From assembly GCA_000002435.2 (NCBI GenBank), contig CM018791.1: a stretch of DNA of 64,000 bases; one strand, 5' to 3'. Of the stretch, positions 48,186 to 58,600 are shown piece by piece. The position numbers and the translations under genes were made by a program. The notes under the pieces are model-generated. The model was given only the letters and a program-made list of their open reading frames with translations, had not been told where the DNA came from and did not search any database. Position 1 is the first letter of the stretch, and each line of letters opens with the position of its first letter. Source of the stretch: Giardia intestinalis (Eukaryota).

Positions 48186-51100
48186 ATGTTCGGCTATATT
48201 ACTTGTGCAACCACAGGCATCGTGTTAGATCGCCTTAAGACCGCAACGCATGTCGAGCTGCACTTCTGCATTCGCTCTTGCACAGACCCACCTAACATAA
48301 TGGCCACCTCGCCCACGGTCTTCACTCCGCTCCAGCTCAAGGACAAGCGCAAGGGCGTATACACACCAAAGATCACTGATATCACGCTGCCCATACCCCT
48401 ACTAAGCGATCTGGATGCACACGAGCTTTGTATCTCCGTTCTTCTTGCAGAGGTTGCTAAGGATGGCACCACTGCATGTGCAGACCTAGTGCATGTGTGC
48501 TCCAGAGCCACACTTGCAGAGATCCTGGCTGGCCGAACTGTAGAAGAAACAGCTCCTTTCAGCAGCCCAGCTGCTTCACCCTGCACAGACCATATTAAAC
48601 TGTCGCTCTCCTACCGCAAGCCGCTGAGAAAGGCAAACAGTGCAGCGTACGAGTGTCTACGGCTCGACACGCTCTTTATTCAATTAGCCGATATTACGCT
48701 TCCCCTCAGCAAGAGAAGCTATCTAGATGAGCAGCGGCTGTGTCTCCGTGTGTGTACCCAGACGTATGCATCGGAGTTCCCACTAGCTGAGCTTCCCAGG
48801 GATCACTCTACTAAGAGGAGCTACCAGCTGGCCTCTCCGGTACCCATTTCCATTCCCTACTCTCCTGTGATAACCTTTCAGGTTGTCTTTTTGTATAGCG
48901 TAACAGTCTCTGAAACATTTTTCCGGCTGAACGGTCTCCAGGTAGGATCGCCCTCTGCCAATTCCCACAGCTTTTGTGATTACGTGCCTATCTTTCAGTG
49001 CTCAATCAGCAGCAAGAAGAATTTATATAAGTATCAGTCTTTTGGTGTTCCGCTCTCCCTCTGCTTTCCCCCGAGTCTTATATCCTCTGACTTGGTGTCC
49101 TTTTATGACGTCATCTGTGCGTCCCTTCAATTGGCTGCAGACTCCACTCACAAGAAGGCTCCCCGGAGCCTCACAGACCTCTTAGGACACCTTAAGGAGG
49201 CTGTTATCCCACACATTTTTGAGGGCATCTTTCTGCGCGGTGAAGACATAGCCGATGTCTTTTCTCCTTACAGATCTACGATCACTCTCACAAACCATTC
49301 AAAGTCTGACTCTGCCCGCTTCAAGGCTTACGAGAAGATTCTTCAGTATGCAGGTCTCACTGACACACTGCTGGCAGCTGTCGGAAAGGACTGGACAGAT
49401 CTGGCCGTGAGAGTGGGGACAGAGGTTGGTTTTTCACAGAATGTTGCACAGAACAAGATTCTGTTCGTCGCCACTTTTCTTTTGGACATGTTTGAGCCAT
49501 ACTCTTCGTCTGCAGCAAAGCGCAACGATACCATGTACCCTGACTCCACATCAGTATCGACGCCAGGCCTCTCCGAGTCATCTTCTTTCCAACGCTTTGA
49601 GTCCCTTAATTGTGCGTCGCGGGCCCGTGACATGCTCTATGCGTTTTCGTCTAAGCGGCAGGATAAAGATGCGGCAGCCTCGTGTCTCACGATTCTTCCA
49701 ATTGAGTTTTCCTTAGCAAATGCATTAGTATCCAATAAGGTGTGCATTTACACCATCAACTTTTCCGAAGATGGCACAGATGCCAACCAAACCTTTCATG
49801 ACGCTGCCCCCATAGTCATGTCAAAGCCCGAGCTATCTGGGAGCAATCGGGGTCTCTGGCAGTTCACTTTGGAGGAAAGAAGAGATAAGGCGCAGATGAT
49901 AGCTGTCGGGCCTGTACTTAGCGCTACTCAATCGAAGGTGTCCATAAACCGCGTTCTGCTAGGATGTAAGAACAACGCAGAGCTCACCTTTGCTAACTAT
50001 CTTTGGATGCTGCCGCAAGTCCTCTTTCTTCCCGATTCTGTTTCCTCCCAGCAGATGATCCGCGATCGCGTAACAGCGTTCGAAAAGTGCGTCCTTATAG
50101 CATGTCTCTATGACTTTGAGACCGGCGCACTCCTTGCCCGTGGAAGCCTACGATTAAAGAATGTCACTGATACCTTTATTTCAGCCGCAACATCTGATCT
50201 GGACGTCGAAATAAAGCTACGGTGGTTCTATGAACAGGAGTTTTCATCATCCGTTAAGGGGGTCGAGGACACGGTTACATTTTTAGCAAGTTGCTACGGG
50301 TTTCTGAAGGAGTTGGAGCCTGCTGGTTCTCCGCATCAATCTACTCATACCTCAGCGAATGTATCCATCTGTGGCAAGAACAGTGCATGCCTGGTCACCG
50401 CTGAAAACTCTAATAGACCGACGTCTGCGCCTTCCTCTATCCACGCAGAGGCTGCCAACTGTTCGCTGGTGCGCGAAAATTCTCCAGACTGCCCCGAAGA
50501 CTTAAGTACTATTGAGTATGTTCGAGCCCAAGCGGAACCCCGACAATTCACAGAGCGGAGCGAGATAGTGAGCCAGGATGACAAGGGACTACGCACTCCT
50601 CGACTCTTATCAGGAAAGGAGATAGAGATTATTGACGGAACTATTACGTTTCAGCTTGCACCCAGTCAGAGGCAAAGTACATCAGGACCGGTCTGTGGCA
50701 TCCCTAACAACACGAAAGACGAGATAGGTGTACTCAAACAATTAATACATACGTTGCGGAAGGACCTAGATCGGCTCACTCCCAAAACCTTTAGACAAGC
50801 GGTTGCTGCAAGCCCCTCGACATACGCTGGCCTAGAGCATCCGATTTCGGAGGATCTGCGACGGAAAGTGGAGGTCTCCACCGGCTTGGTGATGCAAGAG
50901 GAAGGCACCACATATGAATTATGTCAAACAATAGCTGAAAAGTTGGATCGAAATATCCTAGCATATCTGTTAGTGGATATGGTCAAGCAGAATGTCCAGC
51001 TAAGTAAGGAGCTTGATGGTACCAGAGACAAGATCGATGTTTTGGAGAGCGCCTGTACTACAAATGGTGCGGCGCTATCTAAATTGAAGGCCCTAGTACT

Positions 51101-51491
51101 GGAGCAGGAGCAACTACTTCAATATATGGAAGCGCAAAGCAAAAAGTCGATCCATACGTCAACAGAGTCAGCAGAAAGGCTTATTGCCGTTGAAAAGGAG
51201 AATGCACGGCTCACTGAAATCTTACGGGCCGTTACAGCTTCTTTGGGTAAGGATGGTGCTGCCAAGGTCATCTCCATCTCAAGGAACCCCGCAGGGTATA
51301 CCCGAGCACAGTCATCTCCATCGCTAGATGACGGAAGAAGTGGTGTGTTGCTTAGCGTTAAGCTACCGCCCGGAAGATTGCCTCCGTTGAGTCCTGACCC
51401 AGAAGCCTTGTCTCCGCATGCTGCCAGCAAAGCTTCTAACGTTGCGAAAAGAAAGAGTCCCAGCCAGGCCGTCATCCTTTCGCGGTCCTGA
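48186..51491 (+). CDS. Hypothetical large protein (1101 aa)
   Basis: Uninterrupted 1101-codon frame. Initiator 'attttaaaaaATG'. Coiled-coil near the C-terminus. No domain recognised. Confidence 0.6.
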   Translation: MFGYITCATTGIVLDRLKTATHVELHFCIRSCTDPPNIMATSPTVFTPLQLKDKRKGVYTPKITDITLPIPLLSDLDAHELCISVLLAEVAKDGTTACADLVHVCSRATLAEILAGRTVEETAPFSSPAASPCTDHIKLSLSYRKPLRKANSAAYECLRLDTLFIQLADITLPLSKRSYLDEQRLCLRVCTQTYASEFPLAELPRDHSTKRSYQLASPVPISIPYSPVITFQVVFLYSVTVSETFFRLNGLQVGSPSANSHSFCDYVPIFQCSISSKKNLYKYQSFGVPLSLCFPPSLISSDLVSFYDVICASLQLAADSTHKKAPRSLTDLLGHLKEAVIPHIFEGIFLRGEDIADVFSPYRSTITLTNHSKSDSARFKAYEKILQYAGLTDTLLAAVGKDWTDLAVRVGTEVGFSQNVAQNKILFVATFLLDMFEPYSSSAAKRNDTMYPDSTSVSTPGLSESSSFQRFESLNCASRARDMLYAFSSKRQDKDAAASCLTILPIEFSLANALVSNKVCIYTINFSEDGTDANQTFHDAAPIVMSKPELSGSNRGLWQFTLEERRDKAQMIAVGPVLSATQSKVSINRVLLGCKNNAELTFANYLWMLPQVLFLPDSVSSQQMIRDRVTAFEKCVLIACLYDFETGALLARGSLRLKNVTDTFISAATSDLDVEIKLRWFYEQEFSSSVKGVEDTVTFLASCYGFLKELEPAGSPHQSTHTSANVSICGKNSACLVTAENSNRPTSAPSSIHAEAANCSLVRENSPDCPEDLSTIEYVRAQAEPRQFTERSEIVSQDDKGLRTPRLLSGKEIEIIDGTITFQLAPSQRQSTSGPVCGIPNNTKDEIGVLKQLIHTLRKDLDRLTPKTFRQAVAASPSTYAGLEHPISEDLRRKVEVSTGLVMQEEGTTYELCQTIAEKLDRNILAYLLVDMVKQNVQLSKELDGTRDKIDVLESACTTNGAALSKLKALVLEQEQLLQYMEAQSKKSIHTSTESAERLIAVEKENARLTEILRAVTASLGKDGAAKVISISRNPAGYTRAQSSPSLDDGRSGVLLSVKLPPGRLPPLSPDPEALSPHAASKASNVAKRKSPSQAVILSRS

Positions 51492-51547
51492 AAATGGCGT
51501 CCACACGCTCTGCAATGATGTTCGATTAAATATGTAAGTAAAACTTT

Positions 51548-53347
51548 ATGTCTAATAGGTTTACCACCCAGACGGTGTTGGACTCCGTCCTCAAGAGCCG
51601 GGGCCTGTCCAGCTCAGACACGGAAATGCATGAACTCCCTGCTAGGTGGTCAGCAGTGGCGTCACACCTGTCTTCTTTTTTGCAGTGCGAAAATAACCCG
51701 CTGGAGTGCTACACAGCGATGTATGAGGCGGTCATAAGCCAGCCATGTCTCTCCTTCGAGCAGGACTGCCAGTGTGGGTCGTGCTCAGAGCGCGTGACGG
51801 AGTTCTTCCATTTGGGACCTTGTTCTCACAAGCTCTGTAAAGCCTGCCTCAGAAAGATGTTTGACCAACTCAATGATGAATGTCTGGTCTGCAATGAACC
51901 TATTAGAGAGCTCGCCTTCTGCAAACAGCCTGGCTCCATGCCTCCTCCACCGGCGCTTGTGCCGCCGCCTCTTGCTCTTCCTACCAAGGCCACCCCTGCC
52001 CCTGCACCCGCCTGCGAAGAGTGCCCTGTCTTTGCTTCTATTCTTAAAAAGAATGGTCTGCCACCAGACACGTCCGGAATTGTCCATGGATACAAGAAAA
52101 TCAAACAGATTAATTTACTGGAAGATGACTACATATCGTCTCCTCCTACGGGACAGACCCTTATTCCGGAGGAGGACTTGATATACCTCAGGGACTATAT
52201 GAAGTTTCAGTTCCTACACTTCTTCGAGGAAGTCGATGCCAGCGAGACTATCTTTTGCGCATGGAAGGGCGGCGACGCGGCTGAGCACCAACTCGAGTGT
52301 CCTCTCCGCGAAGATACGTGCAAGAATAAGGCACTTGGTTGCAGCTTTATGCAGCCATACATCATTGTAGCGTATCACGGGATAAACTGCGAGAATATAT
52401 GCCTCTACGAAAGTCAGCCGTGCCCTCTATGCAATAAGACAGTACTGAACAAGGACATGTACACCCATGAGGTCACTTGCTCTAAGAAGCTCATAGAAGA
52501 GCATAAGGAGAAGGTCAAGTCTTCGCAGAAAGAGTACATCGCTGGGGCTCAAGCTACTTTCGCTGCTGAGGCCTCCAAGGAAAACTCTCCTATGAAGAGC
52601 GCGTCTCCCAACAATCCGAATAGCAATCCAAGCATCGTCTCTCCTGAGAACAGGTCCGATGATGACATCAAGGGTATCACGATTAGGGATGCCTGCGAAA
52701 ACATGAACGTGCTGGGAGAGATGTATTGCGACCTTGTGACAGCTGCTCGCCCAGATATATACTCTAGCACCTCCAGCGCTGTCAACTCTTCTACTGACGT
52801 AAGGGGAAGCAGGGAGCTTTTACGCGATCCAACGGAGATTGTTGTGATAGGGCCTGCTGAGCTCTCACCTGAACAGGTCAAAGACATAAAAAGAACCAAG
52901 TCTCCCAAGTCTCCGAAGAGGTCTGGTGCATCGGAAAAGAACGATAACTCGAGGAAAGAAAGGAAGGGAACATCAGAGGCGCGTGTCTTATCTTACGAGG
53001 TCTGCTCCACTGGGTCTGGCCATCCGTTTGTGGTCTACAAGATCGAGCTCCCAAGCCAGGACGGCGGAGAGAGCGTAGTCATCCATAAGCGAATGAAGGA
53101 GATCAAGGCGTTCCACAAGCGCCTGCAGCGCAACTTTCCAAGTATCACGCTGCCCAAGCTTCCGCAGGACAGGCCTTGGGCACTCGGAGGGAACAAGCTT
53201 AAGTTTGTTCAGGAGCGCTCCAGACTTTTGGAGGCATATTGTGGAGACATCAATCACAATGCGATGATATATAAATCGAGGATTTATAAAGACTATATTA
53301 ACGAGCAATGCGCTTATGTGCCGATCACTTATGCTCTTAAAGAGTAG
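51548..53347 (+). CDS. RING-finger plus TRAF-type zinc-finger protein with a C-terminal PX domain
   Basis: RING-HC 'CGSC..(11)..CSHKLCKAC..(11)..CLVC'. Cys/His-rich TRAF-like finger 'CPLREDTCKNKALGCSF...CPLCNKTV...HEVTC'. C-terminal PX 'VVYKIELPSQDGGESVVIHKRMKEIKAFHKRLQRNFPSITLPKLPQDRPWALGGNKLKFVQERSRLLEAY'. Confidence 0.7.
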   Translation: MSNRFTTQTVLDSVLKSRGLSSSDTEMHELPARWSAVASHLSSFLQCENNPLECYTAMYEAVISQPCLSFEQDCQCGSCSERVTEFFHLGPCSHKLCKACLRKMFDQLNDECLVCNEPIRELAFCKQPGSMPPPPALVPPPLALPTKATPAPAPACEECPVFASILKKNGLPPDTSGIVHGYKKIKQINLLEDDYISSPPTGQTLIPEEDLIYLRDYMKFQFLHFFEEVDASETIFCAWKGGDAAEHQLECPLREDTCKNKALGCSFMQPYIIVAYHGINCENICLYESQPCPLCNKTVLNKDMYTHEVTCSKKLIEEHKEKVKSSQKEYIAGAQATFAAEASKENSPMKSASPNNPNSNPSIVSPENRSDDDIKGITIRDACENMNVLGEMYCDLVTAARPDIYSSTSSAVNSSTDVRGSRELLRDPTEIVVIGPAELSPEQVKDIKRTKSPKSPKRSGASEKNDNSRKERKGTSEARVLSYEVCSTGSGHPFVVYKIELPSQDGGESVVIHKRMKEIKAFHKRLQRNFPSITLPKLPQDRPWALGGNKLKFVQERSRLLEAYCGDINHNAMIYKSRIYKDYINEQCAYVPITYALKE

Positions 53348-53426
53348 GGTGGCCGCTCGGCTGTGGAAAGAATATTCAATTTGACTGGCGGAAGACCGGC
53401 AGTAAATTACTTTAAAAACAATCGCC

Positions 53427-55535
53427 ATGGAGGAGTTTTTTGGGTTTTCAGACGCGCCGGTTGCTCCTGGCCACGTCTCCGAGGAGGCTCTGTTCTTTGG
53501 CTTTGATGACGCCTCCGCTAACCAGCCGCAGCCCCCCGTCTCCATTCCATTTCCAGTTATCAACCAAGTCGCGACCATCCCAAGGTTTCAGGAGTTCCAA
53601 GAGTTCCAGGAGTATGACTCGCCAGAGCTTCGGGCAGCCAGGCAACCCAAGTTCCTGGATCCAGCACTATTTGTGGGCCCTGGGAGAGAGGACGTCATTC
53701 ATGATGTGGTGATAGATGAGGCAAAGTACGACTTCGGCTACGACCTTGACTACCTGCGAGAAACCACAGATGAGATGAAGACCGAAGAGGACGAGGAGGA
53801 CATAATAAGTAGGCTTCCCTACGGCTTTTCCTCCAACTACACATACAAGGACGATATGGCAGATCTTATGCGTAGCAGCCCTGTGAAAGACATTGTTCTC
53901 CCCCGGGTTGGTGTCACTGTAGAGTGCTCCGACAGTGACATGGAAGCAGAATTCAACCGTCTGCAAGCTATAGACTTCAACGAGAAGCGCAAGGACATAG
54001 AACAGATGCTTCGCATTCGTAGAGAGCAGGAGCACCAGAGAAGGCAAGAGGAAGAGCAAGAACGACTGCGGCAAGAGGCCCTTAAAGCTCAGAGCTCAGT
54101 TCCATCCCGGATCCCCTCTATTCCGGCCGCCGCCCCATCTGCCACTATTGCCTCTGATAGAGCAGTCGGACCTGCTGCCGTTCCAAGCCTTCCTCCCCTG
54201 TCTCAGCCAATGGTTGACGTTGCTCCGCAGCCAGAGCCCCAGCCAATTATGGATCTCCTGATAGCTCCAAAGGCAGTGGAGGCGGTGTATGCCCCGTTAC
54301 AAGCTACCCCTGTACAGCCTATCCATACCCAATCTTCCATTTTAGTGCCATCAGCTCCACCAGCGGCTACTCTGGCCCCTCAAGTATGCTCTATTGAGCA
54401 ACCTCCCTCAGAGGATCCTCAGCTAGAGGAAATGTTCGGATTCCAGTCACAACCCGATATTAGTTACTCCCCAGAAGTCAAGGATCTAGATAAGATAGAG
54501 CCAGACTTGACCGCAGATCCTGCCACAAATCCGGTTATCGTGGACCAGCCTGTCTCAAAGTCGTGGAGCGCAAGAGGATCGATACAGCAGCAGCTAGACA
54601 ATCTACAGAGCGAAATAAAGCAACTAGAGCAAGACTCCATGTTTTCTAAAGAAGATAGAAAGCGGAGCAGACACGCAGAAGCCCGTAAATATCTCGAAAC
54701 CAGAACATATACAGACAACTACGACGTTTTCAGACCGTCGCACCATCTACAGAAGTACTATGCAGCGAAGAAGCCAAAACCAAAGCCAAAGGAAACCATT
54801 TATTCCCCATACTCAGAGACGGAGCTATCGAACCAGCGCATGCAAGTGCGAGCAGAGCTGGAGGCTCAGAAGCACAAAGAGCAGCGGGAGCGCAACTACT
54901 ACGAGAAAATTGAGATCAAAAGGCTAACAGCCATGTACTCCAAGCTCGAATCTGAATTAACCGTCAAAGCCATCAGTGAGGAGCTTGCACAAGAAAAACG
55001 TCAGGAATTTGAAAAGTACTTCAAGAGCGCGTCCCTCCTTGAAAAGAGCTCTGACATGTACACCAGCACACACGATGATAAGACCATACGCATACAGGTA
55101 TCTGAGCATAACGCTTTGCATCTCCCCCGGTCCCTCTTCTTCACCCCTGATGGGAAGTATAAAAACTACGTTAGATACCTGGACTATAGGAAGGTTTTCG
55201 ACCGCTTCACGCACACGCAGGTCCTTATGTTCATATTCGCGGTGTCCTCGCAGGAGCGAAAGTTGAAGTGCATTTCCAAGACTTACGAGGACTTTCATGT
55301 CCTTCACAAGGAGCTTGTGGGGGCCTTCGGGTACTCAGCAGTACCTGGGCTTCCCTCCTTCCGATCCATGAACATGGGTGGCGGTAGACATGAGGTCATT
55401 CATGACACTCAAAAGAGACTAACCAAGTACCTGACTGAAATCAACAACGTCCAGGCTCTGCGCACATCCGCCATCTACAGGAGCTTCCTCAAGCACCAGG
55501 ACCTCAACTTTTTCCAGGGGATGCATCGCCACTAG
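53427..55535 (+). CDS. PX-domain protein (C-terminal PX) with N-terminal acidic FGF motifs and a coiled-coil
   Basis: Starts 'MEEFFGFSDAP...EEALFFGFDDAS'. Later 'LEEMFGFQSQPD'. C-terminal PX 'TYEDFHVLHKELVGAFGYSAVPGLPSFRSM...VIHDTQKRLTKYLTEI'. Confidence 0.7.
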   Translation: MEEFFGFSDAPVAPGHVSEEALFFGFDDASANQPQPPVSIPFPVINQVATIPRFQEFQEFQEYDSPELRAARQPKFLDPALFVGPGREDVIHDVVIDEAKYDFGYDLDYLRETTDEMKTEEDEEDIISRLPYGFSSNYTYKDDMADLMRSSPVKDIVLPRVGVTVECSDSDMEAEFNRLQAIDFNEKRKDIEQMLRIRREQEHQRRQEEEQERLRQEALKAQSSVPSRIPSIPAAAPSATIASDRAVGPAAVPSLPPLSQPMVDVAPQPEPQPIMDLLIAPKAVEAVYAPLQATPVQPIHTQSSILVPSAPPAATLAPQVCSIEQPPSEDPQLEEMFGFQSQPDISYSPEVKDLDKIEPDLTADPATNPVIVDQPVSKSWSARGSIQQQLDNLQSEIKQLEQDSMFSKEDRKRSRHAEARKYLETRTYTDNYDVFRPSHHLQKYYAAKKPKPKPKETIYSPYSETELSNQRMQVRAELEAQKHKEQRERNYYEKIEIKRLTAMYSKLESELTVKAISEELAQEKRQEFEKYFKSASLLEKSSDMYTSTHDDKTIRIQVSEHNALHLPRSLFFTPDGKYKNYVRYLDYRKVFDRFTHTQVLMFIFAVSSQERKLKCISKTYEDFHVLHKELVGAFGYSAVPGLPSFRSMNMGGGRHEVIHDTQKRLTKYLTEINNVQALRTSAIYRSFLKHQDLNFFQGMHRH

Positions 55536-55611
55536 CGCTGAGGACTACTTCCTCATGTAAACTTCTTTCTGCGGTTTTTTAAAAGGCGCCTTAAAAAAAA
55601 GTGTCTGACGG

Positions 55612-58600
55612 ATGGAGGACATTGCCTACACCGACGGATACGCTGCGCAGTACGGAGATAATTATGCATATGATGGGTATGGCTATGGTGGTGACCTGGC
55701 TGTGGGAGATTACAATCCGTACGGAACGGACTATGGTTATGATGCAGGAGGCTACGACTATGGTGCCGGGTACGGTGGGTATGGGAATCAAGAGACTGGA
55801 TATGGCGATCAGACATATGGATATGGTGAGCCTGCTGAGCAACCGCAAGACAGTTTATCGCTTAAGCTGGACGAGCCGAAGCCGTTTACTGAGCAAGACG
55901 ATGGGAGGTCCCTCGTCGTCCGTACTGATGCGGCGTCTGTGTCCATGGATCCTTTTAGTGCGCCCATAGATACAGTGACAGAGCCCATAGGTTCACAGAC
56001 GCACACGAGCTCCGCTTTTCCACCTGTCTCTCAGGACTTGCTGAACTCTATCAGGGTCCAGCAAGAGACTAGTGGAAACCTGAGTAAGTCTCCAAGCAAA
56101 ATCTCAAGCAGGCCTGCCTCTGCTAGACTTGACGAGCTTGATAAGGTAATCGAAGAAGATGCAGAACAGCTTAATAGGGAGGCCAAAACAGATACTCACG
56201 TTACTGGTGCTGCCCCCGATACTAGCGATATGTTTGGCTTTACTGACCAACCGGCGGCACCAACAGCTACCGAAGAGCCTGTCGCAACTGCTGGTGACGA
56301 CATGTTTGGATTTGGGCTAGAAAGTGACGCGCACGATGCAACGGTTCAGCCCCCAGTTGAAGATGCAGGGCCTGCTCTACCTGATAAAGAAGCTCCCTCC
56401 ACTGAGGCCGAAGACGATATGTTTGGCTTCGCCACATCTCCTCAGGAGACCATAGCCAGCCCTCCAGCAGGCTCCACCGCCCCTGCTGCTGAGCCTGTTG
56501 ACGACATGTTTGGCTTCACCGATCCTGCCGTCGAATCAGCGGCTACTGCAGAGCCAGGAACAATGGAGGGCGATGATATGTTTGGATTTGGCCCCTCAGA
56601 AAGCACACCTAAAGATCCTGACACTGATGCATCTGCAGTAGCTAAGGATGTAACGGTGGACGCTCAAGATGCTGCCGATGATATGTTCGGTTTTGATGGA
56701 GCGGGCTCCCCTGCAGAGGCTCCTGCACAATCAACCGAAGCAGTAGCAAGCCCAGTTGCTGACTTGGAGACGGACAGCATGTTTGGCTTTGATTCTCCGC
56801 CAGCCCCAGCAGATAATACTACTACTGTGCCTGTGGATGATTCGGCGGATGACCTGTTCGGATTTGGGCCTTCCACTTTAGATGCACAAGGTGAGCCCGC
56901 CCAAGATGCTCAGCCAGATATTCAAGATGTGGCACAAGTCTCCGCTGACAGCATGTTTGGCTTTGACTTGCCAGCTGATGCCTCGGCAACTGTGGAGCCA
57001 TCAACTACCGGCCTTGCTACTGAGAAGCCAGAGGATTCTCCTGTCGATGACATGTTCGGCTTTTCTCCAAACGAAGCAGCAGCTACAGCCAAGTCAGATG
57101 AGGATCAAGAGATAACGCCGGTGAACACCAAGACTTTAGACGAACCATTGTCAGTAGCAAATGATTACACCCAACCAACAGCTGGGCCCTCAGATGACAT
57201 GTTCGGCTTTGGAAACAGCGCAGATCTTCCTCAAACAGATTCTGTACCCCACTCTGGAGCCACGGCTGATAGCATGTTTGGATTTGACTCTGTACCAGCA
57301 ACAGGGGCCTCGGTAGAACCACCAACAGAGACGCCAGAGCTTCACGACGCATCTCAGACACAACCTACTTTGGACATGCCAACAATTCCAGAGCACATCC
57401 CAACTATAGAGGATAACCAAACGGACCTGTCACATGAGAGTCAAAATGAGAGTCAAGTTGCAAGTGAAGAGTCTGATCAGCTAAGAGAGACCAATGAGAC
57501 GCTGGAAGGAGAGGAAATGAATAAGGAACTGGCACAAGAGCCCGCTGTAGAGGATATGTTTGGCTTTGGGGATGCATCAGCGCCAGTGGAGGATTCCTCA
57601 ACAGAAAAGGCCACTGAAAGCCACCCAACTGAGCCACCTAATTTAGCAGATCTTCCACCTCCTGTGTCTGCATCATCACTGCTTCCCGTGCAGACACTTG
57701 AGTCTGCGAAGCAATCCGCAAGAGCTGCAACTACCCCAGTGGCCGATATGGCCATTGATATAGATTCTATGATCTCGGCTGCACTAGTTCCACAGCAACC
57801 CTCCCCCGCTCCTGAACAGAAGGTCGAGGACCAAGTTCTTGACGAATCCTCGCCTAACGTGATAACTGCAGAGCTTCCTCCCATTGTTGTGAAGGGATCT
57901 TTAGAAGAGGCCAACGACAAGTCTGCCGCAGAGTCGCAACATGAACCAGTAGAGCTCTCGGAGGACCGTGACCTCAGTAAAGATATCGAGCTGGTTGCTC
58001 AAGATCCTCTACCGGCCGAGGAGGATACGCAGGATATTTTTGTTGAGCCAGCTGTGCCAGTTGAAGCTCTAGAAAGGTTGGCGATCAGCGAAACGTTCAT
58101 CAAGCTCCAGGAGGAGCTTCAATTTACATACCTGATGCCAGAGCCTAACCGCGAAGAACTAGACAAGCTCCAGATGACTGATCATGAGCAGCAGCTTATT
58201 CAACTTAAGGACGAAGCGGAGCGGCTACAGAGAGAGAATAAGGTGCTCGCAGGCAGAAGTGCGGCTCCCAGGCATCTCCACCCTAACGAGTTTGATAGCA
58301 AATCTATCTCAGTTAGCTTCTTCGAGGGTCTTCTGAATGAGCCCACCCACAGTGATGGCATATCCCTAACGACTGGGGAAGAGCTTCGGCTCTTGGCGAT
58401 TCTGGAGCAGGGAGACTACGAAGCACTTGATGCTCTTCACGGCATGTCTCCAGAGGAGCTTCAGTTAATGGAGCAACGAGAACGCGAGTTCAATTTGAAG
58501 CTCAAGGAACTCACCGACCGCCGAGACGAGCTGTTGTACAAGGATGATACGGAGGCTTTAAAACTCATTGAGGAAGAGATCTGGGCCTTTGTAGACGCTG

